Assembly (NCBI GenBank): GCA_964016885.1
Contig: OZ024759.1
Span: 28,148,001-28,212,000 of the forward strand
DNA length: 64,000 nt
Reading direction: 5' to 3'
From: Eledone cirrhosa
Lineage: Eukaryota
Shown here: positions 28,631 through 43,534 of the stretch, one piece after another
Layout of the letters: the number at the start of each line of letters is the position of its first letter
Position numbering within the stretch: the stretch's first letter is position 1
Program-made: the position numbers and the translations under genes
The notes under the pieces: generated by a model
Told to the model about the DNA's origin: nothing
The model's database searches: none
Seen by the model: the letters and a program-made list of their open reading frames with translations, nothing else

Positions 28631-28879
28631 TTGCGAAACGTGTCCTCCGCTGTTCGTTGTTTTGAATATCTGGCATATTATATATATATACTTAGATATG
28701 TACAATCTTTATCGAGTCCTCTGTGGATTTTGGTCTTTGCATACCGACTGGGTGAACCCTGTCACATCAAACCCCAGAAACAATGTTTCCATTCGTCTTC
28801 CATTCCTGATACTAGCTACCGGTCGAAAAGAATTTTTCTAGTAGCAAAATTATTTATCTGACATTCACCAGTTAGATAT

Positions 28880-28983
28880 TACACCGACAGATACACATTG
28901 ACATTCACAGGCACACATACATATTCACACATACATTTAAATACACACATATATTCACACACGGACACACACACGTACATTCT

Positions 28984-29019
<36 letters not shown>

Positions 29020-29646
29020 TTCATACACACACACAAATTCATACACAAACCACAGACACACATATATTCACACACAAACCACACACAGCGGCACATACTT
29101 CACACACACACACAGACACACATACATTCACACATGCACACACATACACACACACACATACATTCACATACGCCATACACAAACACACACATTTAAATAC
29201 ACACATACATTCACACTCACATAACACACACATACACCCACACATACATTCACACACACCACACACATACATTCACACACACACCGCACACCGACACACA
29301 CAATGACATTCACATACACCACATATACACATACATTCACACAGATACACATACCACATATACACATACATTCACACAGATACACACACATTCACAAACA
29401 TACATCCACACACACATACATCCACATACACCATACACAGACACACACATACATTCACACACACATTCAAACAGACACGCACGCACACACACACACACAC
29501 AACACTCGTACATTCACACACACCACGCACATATATATATTCACACACAGTAGACACACACACATTTACACACATACCTCCCCCCCACACACAAATCCCA
29601 CACACACTACACACACAAATCCCCCACACACACACACACCACACAC
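28880..29646. repeat. Degenerate (CA)n/ACATTCAC tract
   Basis: Direct reading. Confidence 0.93.
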
Positions 29647-29780
29647 GTTTAGTGTAACGATTACCTAAAGTGATTTGAAGTCCGAAGTTGTCGGAAGTGA
29701 CATGGGCGTTATACGTTAATGTTGAACGTTAATCAGATAATAGATAATCAGTTAATTACGACTGGGTCTATCAGGTTACA

Positions 29781-29794
29781 CTGCCACCTAGCGG
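29781..29794 (-). promoter_or_regulatory. CTCF-like binding site
   Basis: Minus strand CCGCTAGGTGGCAG matches all positions of CCRSYAGRKGGCRS, in non-repetitive DNA; ETS-like CGGAAGTG at about 29692. Confidence 0.5.
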
Positions 29795-30347
29795 CAGAAC
29801 ATTGAATTAAAAGCAGAGTTTTATAACAGCGTTTCATAAAAGGGGCTATGCCAAACGAAGAAAAGGGGGATTTAATTAACGAGGCCATGCATAAAGGAAT
29901 TTTAACTTTCGTTTGTAATGGAAAGATTTAAATTATTGCCGTGATAATGTATGTCTAAGTTCGAGAACAAAGGAGACTTTGAAGAGTTGCCTGATAATAG
30001 AATTGGCCGAGTTGAGAAATTACGGCCATATTTAGCTCATACATAAATTATTCTTTCGTTATTTAATAACCATTGACTTTACCTTCTTTGCCTACAATTC
30101 ATAATATTTATAGTCTTTTACAATCTTACTTTCTTTTTGACTTAAATGTTTGACTAAATTCTTTCGTTTTTTTTTTCTTGTAACGTATTTTACTAGAATT
30201 TTTTCAACACGCTGAAAAACTAGAATTTCAATATGGCGTCTTTTAATTTAATCTCTGAGTTCAAATCCTGTCATGGTACATTTTGCCTTTCAGGTTTACA
30301 GGGTTGATAAATAAAAACCCAGGCGATTTATTTGGGCAGACATGATA

Positions 30348-30670
30348 TACAGTGTACTCCCAGCATTCGCGGTTCCGGTTATTCGTAGAATTTTCCTTAG
30401 AGCCTAACTTATAATTGTTCATGGAAACTACCGCATATTCGTGGAATCGTAAATATCTTCTGCAATTTTTTAATGGCTTTTTTTGTGGCAATATATATAT
30501 ATATTTAACGCTAAATTATTAATAACAATATATCGTATTTGTCGGCTTATTGGACGCCCCTTCGCATAACACGCTCCCTTTTATATGGACTACGTCCAAT
30601 ATTCGCGGTTTTTCACTCTTCGCGGGTGCTCTAGGAATGTAATACCCGCGAATACCGGGGGATAACTCTA
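30348..30670. mobile_element. pogo/Tigger-like MITE, decayed
   Basis: TACAGTGTACTCCCAGCATTCGCGG ... CCGCGAATACCGGGGGATAACTCTA imperfect TIRs with TA ends. Confidence 0.55.
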
Positions 30671-30739
30671 TTCAACTATCTTCTTTCTCGAAATTTTCTG
30701 GACTTCTACCTAAATTAGAGGCCATTATTTTCTTCCGTC

Positions 30740-31196
30740 ATATGTTGTCCGACGCTCTACCGATAAGGCAGAAAAGGTAGAAGGTCAGACGACATGCTTC
30801 TCGGCATAGAGTTCCGGCCCTTTACTTTCTGAGTTGAAATCCCACCGAGGTTAGCTTTGCCTTTCATCCTTACGAGGTCGATAAATAAAACACCAGTAAT
30901 GCACTGGGGTAAATTTAATCGACTCCCCCACCCCTCACTCCTTCAAATTGCTGGCCTTATACCTATAGTAGAAACCATTATTTTCCCCGTCTAAGGGCGG
31001 TGGATTGGCAGTATTGGTAGAGGGTCGGACGCCATGCTTTGACGCATAGAGTTACGGCCCTTGCCATTCTGAGTTCAAATCCCGCCGAGGTTAACTTTGC
31101 CTTTCATCCTTACGGGGTCGTTAAAATAAAGTACCAGTAATACACTGGGTATTTGCTGGCCTTGTGCCTAACGTAGAAACAATTATTTTCCCCGTC
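30740..31196 (+). mobile_element. Two S1 SINEs; the second has a 15-bp TSD
   Basis: TSD ATTATTTTCCCCGTC at 30977-30991 and 31182-31196. Confidence 0.9.
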
Positions 31197-31574
31197 GAAA
31201 TAAAATTCAATAGTTGTTACACAAAATATATTTTTTTCGCTGTCATTTTTGTCATTTATTTATTCTTTCTTTAATTAAACATTTTTTTTTTTTTTTTTTT
31301 TCTATTTCAGAGTAAATTATCTTTTATCTTTTTGTACGTGGTTAGTTTTTGGTAAAAACTAATTTATTTACACATACTCCGTTCTCTGCTCCTCTTAAAG
31401 TCAAGTTCAACAGCATGAGCAAAATAGACTAAATTAGCAACAGAACAATGGTGTGTGTACTGTGTTCGTGTGTGCGTGTGTATGTGTGTGTGTGATATGT
31501 ATATATATATATGTGTGTGTGTAATTCTTTCTCAAGAAAGTATACGTAGAGAAACACACACACATATGTATGTG

Positions 31575-31625
<51 letters not shown>

Positions 31626-31825
31626 CCTGAATATATGGTTGTAATCACTAAAGAAAAAACAATGTGTGTGTATATATATATATATATATGCATATATATA
31701 TATGTATATGTGTATATATATATGCATATATATATAAGTATATTATATGTATATATATAAATATATATATATGCATGTGTATATATGTATATGTGTATAT
31801 ATATATATGCATATATATATGTATA

Positions 31826-31872
<47 letters not shown>

Positions 31873-31926
31873 TATGTATGTGTGTGTGTGTAAATATGCA
31901 TATATATAACTACGTATGCATCTCTT

Positions 31927-31997
<71 letters not shown>

Positions 31998-32675
31998 ACG
32001 TATGTCTGTATAAGTCGTTCATTGCTGGTTAAAAAACACAACACTGTATCTTACTTAGATATTTTCTTTTGTCACCTTAGTATTTACTCATTTATTTATT
32101 TATTTATTTATGTAATTATCTTCTCTATTTCTTGGTCAAATTCAAAACCAACCAAAATCAATTCGGACGCAATCATTCTTTAAAGAAACTACCGAAAATA
32201 CGTTCCCGAACAATTTCTAAATACGTTAAAAAAAAATGAAAGTTGTTAAGTTAAACATCTATTTAGAGTATCTCTAGCTACTTACTTGAGGTTAGAAAAG
32301 ATGTAAATAGCTATCTCAATAAACATGGAGGACATGTCACGTGTTGTCTACTCTTGATTTACTGTTGTTCTCAAAATCTTGTGACACATCCCATCTAAAT
32401 TTATGGTAAGGCAAAACAACCCATTGCTAAACGATCTTCTAATTTCTAAAGTCTATTTCGAGAGTACGGCCTCATCGTGCTGTTACTTATTTCCAATTTC
32501 CAATCTATTGAGTGATTTATGTTATATATATCTTATGTTTTACCAAATTCTATCCGTCTATGTTATACCGTCCTTGCTCCAACACTATTTTTTAATATAT
32601 AACTAAGTTTGCCCAGCTTCACATGAATTGTAAGCCCATGTTTACAATGTTTGTTGTATTATATATATACAAGCA

Positions 32676-32872
32676 GTATCGATAGAGCGTTGGACAACAT
32701 GATTTGCAGCATAGAGTTACGGCCCCTTACTTTCTGAGTTCAAATCCCGTCGAGGTTAACTTTGCCATTCATTTTTACGGAGTCGAGAAAATTAAGTATC
32801 AGTGACGTACTGAGGTCGATTTAATCTACTTTCCCCCTCTCCCAAAATTGCTGGTCGTGTGCCTAAAGTAGA
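32676..32872 (+). mobile_element. S1 SINE, long-tail variant
   Basis: S1 core plus GGTCGATTTAATCTACTTTCCCC tail. Confidence 0.85.
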
Positions 32873-33886
32873 TATCCTTGTTATTATCGTTAACTATTTT
32901 CTGTTATTATTTACGTTATTTTCAGTTTTATGGTATTTTGCTTTTTTTTTCCTTAGACATTTTGATTTTGTCTTCCGAGGTTATTTCCTTCCACATGTTT
33001 CGTGATTTAAACCTTTACATTCCGTAAGAAATAATTGAAAGCAGAGAACAGGAAAGTTGTTTTATTCTCAAATGTTGGAAAATTGACAGAACTTATCTTG
33101 TTCTCTTCTAAAGCTTTCTTGGAGGTTTGACAACACATTATCTTATTCCAAAGTAAAGAACTACTCACCGGTTTCTAACATGGTTACCTTGGTTACTGAC
33201 TTAATCGATGATGTGGTCACTAATTCACTAGCAACATTTCATGGAAAGAGACAGTCGGGATGAATGATTTTATTTTTTACTTCTGGAAAAAGACCCAAGA
33301 ATTTGGTTTCCTTTAAAATTGGAATTTAAAAAAATGGTTCATTACAGCAATGGCATCTATGTAGACATTTCCAAATAAATTTGGCAACTATAGGATTTTG
33401 GAGCCATGATGTAGTGACTCTAGAGCCCTTGCCGTTCCCTTCTTTTCCATTTTTTTAAAATATATTTTATTATTTTACATTCTATTCTTTCGTCTGAAAT
33501 ATATTCAACACTAACACAATAAAAAATAAAACTTTGAAAAGCTACTCACTGCGATACTGAAAAGTACAAAATTTAATCATCTCTATTTCTGAAAACCCAC
33601 TATAATTTATATTTTATCAGTTATATTAGGATGGCCGTTGCTTTTATGGGATTTCTACACGAGTGACCCTGTGAGTCTCCTCACCTTTGGGGAATTTGTT
33701 ATGTTTATTTTCTTAGTCTCTTTTATAAATTTTATTTTACACAAAGAAAACCCCACACTGTATCGTCCTGTACCGTCTTTAATGTTTCACTAATCTGAGC
33801 CCTGTGTGGCTAATAAAGAAATTATTAATAATTAAATTAGATCAGTGTTTGAGTCATATTACAGTTAATACCGACACCGAATAAAT

Positions 33887-34098
33887 ATTGGTTTCTTATA
33901 TAGGCACAAGACCAGCAATTTTGGGGGAAGGTCAAGTCGATTAAATCGACTCCAGTGCGTGACTGGTACTTTATTTTATCGACCCCGTAAGGATGAAAGG
34001 CAAAGTTAACCTCGGCGGAATTTGAACTCTATGCCGCATGGCGTCAGACCCTCTAGCGATACTGCCAGTACACAATAGTAGTAGTAGTAGTAGTAGTG

Positions 34099-34146
<48 letters not shown>
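33887..34146 (-). mobile_element. S1 SINE (internally deleted) followed by (TAG)n
   Basis: Reverse-complement core; (TAG)n at 34076-34146. Confidence 0.85.
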
Positions 34147-34474
34147 ACGATAAGACAGAACAAAAACAACAGAACCAAACTGGAATTTAAACCAAAAAAA
34201 AAAAAATGTTATTTAAACTAAGTAGATGGAGAGATATAAAGAAAGAAAAGAAAAAAAGGAAAAGAAAGTGAGGTAGGTATGTGGAGGTGGGGGCGGAGGA
34301 GCTTATAAAAGAAATAAAAAGACTATCAGAGAATTCTAACTGCACCAAGTTGGTTTCTCTATTTAGAAATCCAACAGATGTTGTATAGCAGACATAATCT
34401 GGTGGATTTAAAAATGCTGAAAATGCGGCAAAACGGAATAGCTTTTCGTCTGTTTGTCTGTCACACACACACAC

Positions 34475-34540
<66 letters not shown>

Positions 34541-34548
34541 ATGTGTAT

Positions 34549-34595
<47 letters not shown>

Positions 34596-34727
34596 GGTGG
34601 GTGTGTGTGTGTGTGTATGTATATATATGTATATATATATGTATATATATATGTATATGTATATATATATCTGTATATATATATATATATATACATGTGT
34701 GTGTATATATCTATCTGTATATATATA

Positions 34728-34776
<49 letters not shown>

Positions 34777-35169
34777 CAGGATTATACCAGGATTATACCA
34801 GAGTACTCGACACTTGGGATAGTAGAATGTAAATATGATAGAGAGTCAGGGCCCGACGGCTGAGCTCTTGCCGTTTCGACAGCAAATTCCAGATACTCAT
34901 ACACACAGACGTATCTCATGATTTTCACTTTCTCACTTTCTCTTTATTACATGTGGAACAATCATATATTGGCCCTCACCATTGGCCTATAAGAAACTTC
35001 AGTTCATGTCATGGAATCTTAAGGCATATCCACCATTTTACATGCAACAGCGCTCTCTGTTTGTTAATGTTATAAACATTTTAAACTGCCCTTTTGTAAA
35101 ACAAGGCATTCTTCAAAAAGATTTAATAAATACTCTCTGAAAATATTTAGAATGTATTTTGACATTAAG

Positions 35170-35385
35170 ATGTGGTTAGAATGTCTCAGGAAAGAATCGC
35201 TGGAGAGATTTTACGGGCAAAAACCAACTGACAGGACACTCAGGGGTAGCCCTGAGCAAGATGGTTGGATAACATACATGAGCTTGTCTGGTCTCGCTTG
35301 GGGATCCAGCCGGATCAGTTGGAGACAGTTGCGTCTGACAGGACCCACTGGAAGGAGAGTTTGACGACTTTGCCCCCGTGACCAT
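35170..35385 (+). mobile_element. 3' end of an RTE/Expander-like LINE
   Basis: RMSQERIAGEILRAK, frameshifts, RWLDNIHELVWSRLGIQPDQLETVASDRTHWKESLTTLPP. Confidence 0.8.
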
Positions 35386-35702
35386 TATTGTCGAAGTTCG
35401 TCAAAGTTCTTTCGTCACATTCTGTGACCTCTTCAATGATTCCTTCCCCTATCTTCCTTCTCCTTCACCCCCCCCCCTTCTTCCTCTCTACGTACTATCT
35501 ACAGTACGACAGCGATGTTCAGTTTCCTACCGTCTCCCTCTGGCTGCCATTGTAATTTCTTTAGTTTAACTTCACAAACTTTCTTTCTTCTGGACAAAAC
35601 TTAGCAGACATTTTGTTTTTCACACAAATTCACTTTTTTTGGCATTTTTTTTTTCTAAGTGAAATCTTCTTGAATGAGAAAAGTGTTTATTTGACAGGTG
35701 TC

Positions 35703-35874
35703 TATGTATGTATGTATGTATGTATGTATGTATGTATGTATGTATGTATGTATGTATGTATGTATGTATGTATGTATGTATGTATGTATGTATGTATGTA
35801 TGTATGTATGTATGTATGTATGTATGTATGTATGTATGTATGTATGTATGTATGTACGTATGTATGTATGTATG
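35703..35874. repeat. (TATG)n tetranucleotide
   Basis: Nearly perfect run. Confidence 0.98.
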
Positions 35875-35961
35875 AGTGTGTGTACGTGTGTGTATGTATG
35901 AATGTAGATAGCTAGGTAGATGAGGTTTAGAGAGAGGATGAAAAACAGGTGGAAGACACAC

Positions 35962-36020
<59 letters not shown>

Positions 36021-36156
36021 ATAACGGACAGTGGTCGGACGTCACCCGAAGAGACAGTGAAAGTCACACACACACACACACACATAATATATACATATAT
36101 ATTTATATATACATATATTATATATATACATATATATTTATATATACATATTTATA

Positions 36157-36225
<69 letters not shown>

Positions 36226-36564
36226 ATGTGTATATATGTGTGTGTATATATGTGTCCGTCTAGCCATGTAGTTATTTATGTATGTATCTATTTGCCAGTC
36301 TGTTTCTTTGCCTACGTAAAGATGCACATGTGCTCTAGCTATATATTTACCTGTCACACTGTCTTCTGTCTATATATATATATATATATATGGGGGGGGG
36401 GGGTATTTAGAGAGAGATAGAAGGTAGATAGAAGGTGTTTAGAGAGATGTGAAAATATATTGTGTGAACTAGTGACAGTGTCTAAAGTTGTTGACCTCCG
36501 TCAGCAGAAACAGACAAAGCAATATGTCCACCACACACACACACACACACACACAGATACACAT

Positions 36565-36621
<57 letters not shown>

Positions 36622-36733
36622 AACACAAACATGTGTGTCTATGTGACTACATATTTCTACGACATACATACAGAGACATACAAATATATATATATATTCA
36701 TATATATATATGAACACATATACCCATGTATAT

Positions 36734-36835
<102 letters not shown>

Positions 36836-36849
36836 CATGAATGTGTTTC

Positions 36850-37515
36850 TCTTATGTAATAACCCAGCGTGTGTGTGGTGTGTGTACATAAATATTTGTG
36901 AGTGTGTGTGTCTTATATAATAAACTAGTGTGTGTGTACATGAATATGTGTGTGTATGTCTCTAATATAATAAACCAGTGTGTGTGTACATGAATATGTG
37001 TGTGTATGTCTCTAATATAATAAACCAGTGTGTGTGTACATGAATATGTGTGTGTATGTCTCTAATATAATAAACCAGTGTGTGTGTACATGAATATGTG
37101 TGTGTATGTCTCTAATATAATAAACCAGTGTGTGTGTACATGAATATGTGTGTGTATGTCTCTAATATAATAAACCAGTGTGTGTGTACATGAATATGTG
37201 TGTGTATGTCTCTAATATAATAAACCAGTGTGTGTGTGAACATAAATATGTGTGAGTGTGTGTCTCATAAAATAAACCAGTGTATGTGTGTGTGTGCGTG
37301 TGTGTGTGTGTACATGAATATGTGTGAGTATGTGTCTCATAAAGTAAACCAGTGTATGTGTGAACATAAATATGTGTGAGTGTGTGTCTCATAAAATAAA
37401 CCAGTGTATGTGTGTGTGTGTGTGTGTGCGTGTGTGTGTGTGTACATGAATATGTGTGAGTATGTGTCTCATAAAATAAACCAGTGTATGTGTGTGTGGA
37501 CATGAATATGTGCAT
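36850..37515. repeat. 50-bp minisatellite with degenerate edges
   Basis: TCTAATATAATAAACCAGTGTGTGTGTACATGAATATGTGTGTGTATGTC is identical at 36961, 37011, 37061, 37111 and 37161. Confidence 0.95.
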
Positions 37516-37790
37516 GTTTTCCTCTCTTCTATATGTTCGTGCTCTTCTCTATATTCTCTCTGCTCAATAATGGTGATAAGATAGCAACAAAGCCAGGTCC
37601 ATTTCAAGACTTCATGACTAAAAACAGACGGTCAATAGGTTTTTTGTAAGCTACTCTGTTGGGGTTTCTAATTCATTGATTTTACTCCATGGTCAATGGA
37701 ACAGTAATCATTACTGAGTTGTAGAATAGCTGGTGTTGGCACCGACTGCATTTACTTCATACTTATATACATACACTGATATACACTGGC
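37515..37790 (-). repeat. ~270-bp dispersed duplicate, inverted copy of 50781-51045
   Basis: The ~230-bp core appears identical to the reverse complement of 50785-51010. Confidence 0.93.
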
Positions 37791-37973
37791 ACATACACAG
37801 ACAAACACATAAACACACTGACATACACTGACATATACACTCACAGACAGACACATATACTGACTCACTCACTGGCATACACATATACAGACACTTGTAC
37901 ACTGACATACGCACATACACACACAGACCCACAGACACATATACACACGAAGCCACTTCATGACTCACTCTTA

Positions 37974-38058
<85 letters not shown>

Positions 38059-38127
38059 TTATATACATATACATATATATATATATATATATATGCATGT
38101 ATATGTATATATATATATATATGTATG

Positions 38128-38194
<67 letters not shown>

Positions 38195-38303
38195 TTATAT
38201 ACATATACATATATATATATATATATATATGTATGTATATATACATATATATATATTTATATACATATACATATATATATATATATATATATGTATGTAT
38301 ATG

Positions 38304-38360
<57 letters not shown>

Positions 38361-38407
38361 TTATATACATATACATATATATATATATATATATATGTAT
38401 GTATATG

Positions 38408-38484
<77 letters not shown>

Positions 38485-38487
38485 ATG

Positions 38488-38525
<38 letters not shown>

Positions 38526-38534
38526 CACATACAG

Positions 38535-38621
<87 letters not shown>

Positions 38622-38987
38622 CATACATATATATATATACACACAGATAGATGCATTCATATATATATGCCTGTTTGTGTCTATGTATACGTTTGTATAT
38701 ACATATAAATGAATATATATACATTATATATACACAGATATACACACACTGGCACACACACTCTGACATACAAACACACATTCAGGCAAACACACAATCA
38801 CACAGACATACATATATACTGACCCGCACACTGGCATACACATACACAGATATTCACATACACATACTGATACATACACAATAACATATGTTGTATCAGT
38901 GACTGACTCGGATAAATATATATATATATACATACATTCATATATAGACTAGACACATATATACAGACATGTGTATGTCGGTCGAGA

Positions 38988-39036
<49 letters not shown>

Positions 39037-39070
39037 TAAAGGAAAGATGACGAACCATTGTTATATGTGA

Positions 39071-39170
39071 CGCCGAGGTTGACTTTGCCTTTCATCCTTA
39101 CGGGGTCGATAAAATAAAGTACCTGTAATGCGCTGGGTAATTGCTGGCCTTGTGCCTAAAATAGAAACAG
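39071..39170 (+). mobile_element. 5'-truncated S1 SINE
   Basis: Core and tail only; flanked by TTATATGTGAC on both sides (possible TSD). Confidence 0.85.
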
Positions 39171-39212
39171 TTATATGTGACTAAAGAGACAATGTCTCCA
39201 TTGGTCTTTCAT

Positions 39213-39332
<120 letters not shown>

Positions 39333-39413
39333 TGTGTGTGTGTACTCATTGAGTGAGTAAATGTGAGCAAACGGGGTTATTGCTAATATAACCACATTTA
39401 TATATAATATATT

Positions 39414-39450
<37 letters not shown>

Positions 39451-39462
39451 TAAACAAAAAAA

Positions 39463-40056
39463 TCTGGACTATTGGTCCCAGTTGTGGTCACCCCATAGTG
39501 TTAAACTAACCACGGAGCTTGAGGCAATCCAGCGAAGCTACACCAAGAGGATTGCCACGATGAAGGAGACAAGCTACTGGGAGAGGCTAAAAGAACTGAA
39601 CCTCTACTCCTTGGAACGAAGACGCGAGAGATACGCAGTGATCTACATGTGGAAAATCCTGGAGGGACTAGCACCAAACTTTGGCATTGAGAGCTGGACC
39701 AACTCCCGAATAGGACGCCACTCTGTGGTGCCAAAGGTCCCGTCTTCCACATCTAGAATAAGGAGCAGATATTGCAATAGCCTGGGATTCAAGAGCCCTC
39801 AACTCATCAACAAGCTGCCGAGGGATCTGAGAAATCTGCATGGTGTGGAGGTGGATGTCTTCAAGAAACATCTCGACATCTTGCTATCCTGGATCCCGGA
39901 TGAGCCCACAGCAAGGCACGAGGGAAACCTAAGGACAGCAGCAACGAACTCCCTCTTGCACCAGTGGCCAACCAATACAGGCTGAAGATAAAATGTGTAG
40001 CAACAAGGGCGGTGCCCCAGCATGGCCTCAGCCGGATGGCTGGAACAAGTAAAAGA
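39463..40056 (+). mobile_element. 3' fragment of a CR1-group LINE (ORF2 C-terminus and 3'UTR)
   Basis: LDYWSQLWSPH...LEAIQRSYTKRI...SYWERLKELNLYSLERRRERY...FKKHLD...IPDEP; uninterrupted 167-aa frame. Confidence 0.9.
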
Positions 40057-40094
40057 GTATATATATATATAATATTTGAATATATATATTTAAT

Positions 40095-40243
40095 ATAATT
40101 GTTTCTACGTTTGGAACAAGGCCAGCAATTATCCCAGTGTATTACTGGTACTTTATTTTATCGACCTCGTAAGGATGAAAGGCAAAGTTAACCTCGGCGG
40201 GATTTGAACTCACAATGGCAAGGGCCGTAACTCTATGCGTCAA
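40095..40243 (-). mobile_element. S1 SINE, head lost, abutting a (CAA)n tract at 40245-40862
   Basis: Reverse-complement core. Confidence 0.87.
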
Positions 40244-40559
40244 AGGAACAATAACAACAGCAGCAGCAACAACAACAACAGCTGCAACAACAGCTACAAC
40301 AACAACAACAGCTACAACAGCAACATTAACAGGTACAACAACAGCAACAGCTACACCAACAACAGCCACAACAATAACAACAACAGCAACAGCAACATTA
40401 ACAACTACAACAATAACAACAACAGCAACAGCTACAAAAACAACAACAACAACAGCAACATCAATATCAACAGCTACAAGAATAACAGCTACAAGAATAA
40501 CAGCTACAGCAACAACAACAGCAGCAACATCAATAACAACAGCTACAACAACAACAGCT

Positions 40560-40592
<33 letters not shown>

Positions 40593-41059
40593 GCAATATC
40601 AACAGCTACAACAATAACAGCCACAACAACAACAACAACAACAACAGTAATATCAGCAGCTACAATAACAACAGCAACAGCAACAACAATAGACAGCAGC
40701 AGAAGCAACAGCAAGAGTAACAACAACAACAACAGCTAGAATAACAATAACAACAACAACAGCACCACCCAGAATAACAACAACAACAACAGTAACAACA
40801 ACAAAAGTAACAACAACAGTAACAACAACAAAAGTAACAACAACAACAGTAACAACAACAAAAAGAACATCTAGAAAATTGTGAGAAATTCATTGGAATG
40901 CCAAATCTATTCAGAATAATCCAATTAATTGCTATGGAATTGGTAAAAAATATATAATTTCTACTTATTTCTTAATATCTGTCTGATATTGTTAATATTA
41001 ATATCTGATTGTCTATCCAAACATGCCCACCACCTCTCAATGATAGATAGTACAATACG

Positions 41060-41540
41060 GTACCAGGGTGGACTGAAAGCTTAACAGGTTGACTACTATG
41101 AAGAATTAATGCTGAACAGGGATGTTTAGTTGAACTGAAAAATTTGAAATACGACACTGGGCTAAATAGTTCATAGGCTGACTATAAAGGTGTGATGCTA
41201 GAGCTGTGAAATCTTGCTGGCTTTAATTTCAACTCTTCTTTTAAGGGCGGTGGATTTGCAATATCGGGTAGAGGGTCGGACGCCATGCTATGCTGCATAA
41301 AGTTGCTGCCCTTTACGGTCTGAGTTCAAATCCCGCTAAGGTTAACTTTGCCTTTCATCTTTACAGGGTCGATAAAATAAAGTACCAGTAATGTACTGCG
41401 ATAATTGCTGGCCTTGTACCAAAAGTAGAAACAATTAATTTCAACTCCTCTTACTAATAACTGTATAGTTTCATTCCAGGGATGTTTAGCTGAACTTAAA
41501 AATTGAAATATTCGGATGGTAAGAATAGTTCATAACCTGA
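41060..41540 (+). mobile_element. Mariner MITE remnants with a nested S1 SINE (41244-41434)
   Basis: TSD TTAATTTCAACTC(T/C)TCTT at 41223-41240 and 41435-41452; flanks match the 23536-23853 element. Confidence 0.8.
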
Positions 41541-41703
41541 CAATACACTACAATACACAACTCCACAATACACTACAGTAATCTACACTACAATGCACTA
41601 CACTATACTACAATACACTACACTATACTATAATACACTACTCCACAATACACTACAGTAATCTACACTACACTACACTATACTACAATACACTACAATA
41701 CAG
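41541..41703. repeat. (ACACT/ACAAT)n pentamer
   Basis: Direct reading. Confidence 0.9.
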
Positions 41704-41906
41704 TGCAGTGGTCTACCCGGGTCTAACTCTTTACAGTAATATTCTGCCAAATTTGTAACACGTGTTTCATTATTCCACCAAGACCACTAACCTGGACTAA
41801 CACAAGACAGTAATATATTATCAAGCTATTGTATTTTTACTTCAGCTCCGACTCACCTCATTTTATTCAGATATTTTCAACTGTCTTACATTATTCATAA
41901 CAAATT

Positions 41907-42097
41907 GGGTGGTGGATTGGCAGTATCGGTAGAGGGTCGGACGCCATGCTTTGACGCATAGAGTTACGGCCCTTCCTATTCTGAGTTCAAATCCCGCCGA
42001 GGTTAACTTTGCCTTTCATCCTTACGGGGTCGATAAAATAAAGTACTAGTAATGTACTGGGTATTTGCTGGCCTTGTGCCAAAAAGTAGAAACAATT
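41907..42097 (+). mobile_element. Full-length S1 SINE
   Basis: Flanked by ATAACAAATT on both sides. Confidence 0.9.
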
Positions 42098-42310
42098 ATT
42101 AATAACAAATTTATTTCCTGGTAATGTCTCGTGGATTTCTATTTTTAATTTAGTGTATACACATAGGTAAATATATATATATGTAGAGGTTATATTTTAT
42201 TTGTTGGGATACAACAAGCAAAATATTTTTATAACTGATATAAAGCACTCAACAAATTATTGGTTGCATTTTTTCAGGGTATGTCAATATTTATTTATAA
42301 AACTAACTTA

Positions 42311-42376
42311 TATTTTATCTGATGAAAGCGCACAATAGTTTGCCTTGGTGGCTCTTGAAATATGTATAATGAAATA
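42311..42376 (+). ncRNA. Type I minimal hammerhead ribozyme
   Basis: UAUUUUAU-CUGAUGA-AAGcGCAC...GUgGCuCUU-GAAA-UAUGUA-UA-AUGAAAUA; same family as 22013-22078; the copy at 46250-46309 has lost GAUGA. Confidence 0.8.
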
Positions 42377-42443
42377 AATATGGTTTTATAAATATACTTT
42401 CCATAAATATATTGTATATATATATATATATATAAATATATTG

Positions 42444-42484
<41 letters not shown>

Positions 42485-43000
42485 CTGTAAATAAGTATAT
42501 ATTTACATATATATAAATGTATATATAAATTTACATATATATATACACACACATGCATGCACATATATTTATATATATATATATATATATAGGTATGCGA
42601 GATAAATGAATTAATAATGCCGTATAGTAGTACGTTATTGTACAAAGATTTTATTTCACTCATGTTTCATAATAACTTGATAGATATTTCTTTATAAAAC
42701 CCGCTAAAGCAATATGTATGTATATGTATATATAGATATATATGTATATAAATATGTATGTATATGTATATATAGATATATATGTATATATATATGTATA
42801 TATATATATATAAGAATATGTATATATATATGTATATGTATGTGTATATGTATATGCGTATATATATATGTATATGCATATATATATATATGTGTGTGTG
42901 TATATATATATATGTATATCTGTATATATGTGTGTGTATGTATATGTGTGTGCGTGTGTGTGTAAATATATATATATTATATATATATATACATATACAT

Positions 43001-43062
<62 letters not shown>

Positions 43063-43534
43063 TTATATATACATATATATATGTAGATATATATGTGTGT
43101 ATATGTATATATATATATATAATATATATATATATTTACACACACACGCACGCACACACACACACATATATAGATATGCAGACAGACAGACACACATACA
43201 CACATGCATACACACACACATACACACATACATACACACATACATATATATACACAGTGAGTGTGAGAGTATGAAATAATACATTTTTACGTGAACAAAA
43301 CTATAGAAATGTATACAGAGGTAGAGCTAGAGAGGAATATATAACAATATATATTCTTTTAAAGAATATATATTGTTACTTCAGATTCCATGGTGAGTTA
43401 TTTAAGACATAATCTAATAATTATAAATAACTGTATTCTGTATAAACCCCATCACGATATAAAATCTTTTTAGTATTACATGTTGACTTAGAAATTCTGT
43501 CATCTAAGTACTGTTAGGTAACAGAATGGTAGAC

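Noticed and set aside
36040-36480. Hammerhead split by a microsatellite (GTCAC-CCGAAGA...GAACTAGTGAC)
   Set aside because: Needs several core mutations and a ~400-bp gap; not distinguishable from chance.
40142-40739. Thr-rich mucin-like ORF
   Set aside because: (CAA/CAG)n tract whose ATG comes from an adjacent SINE.
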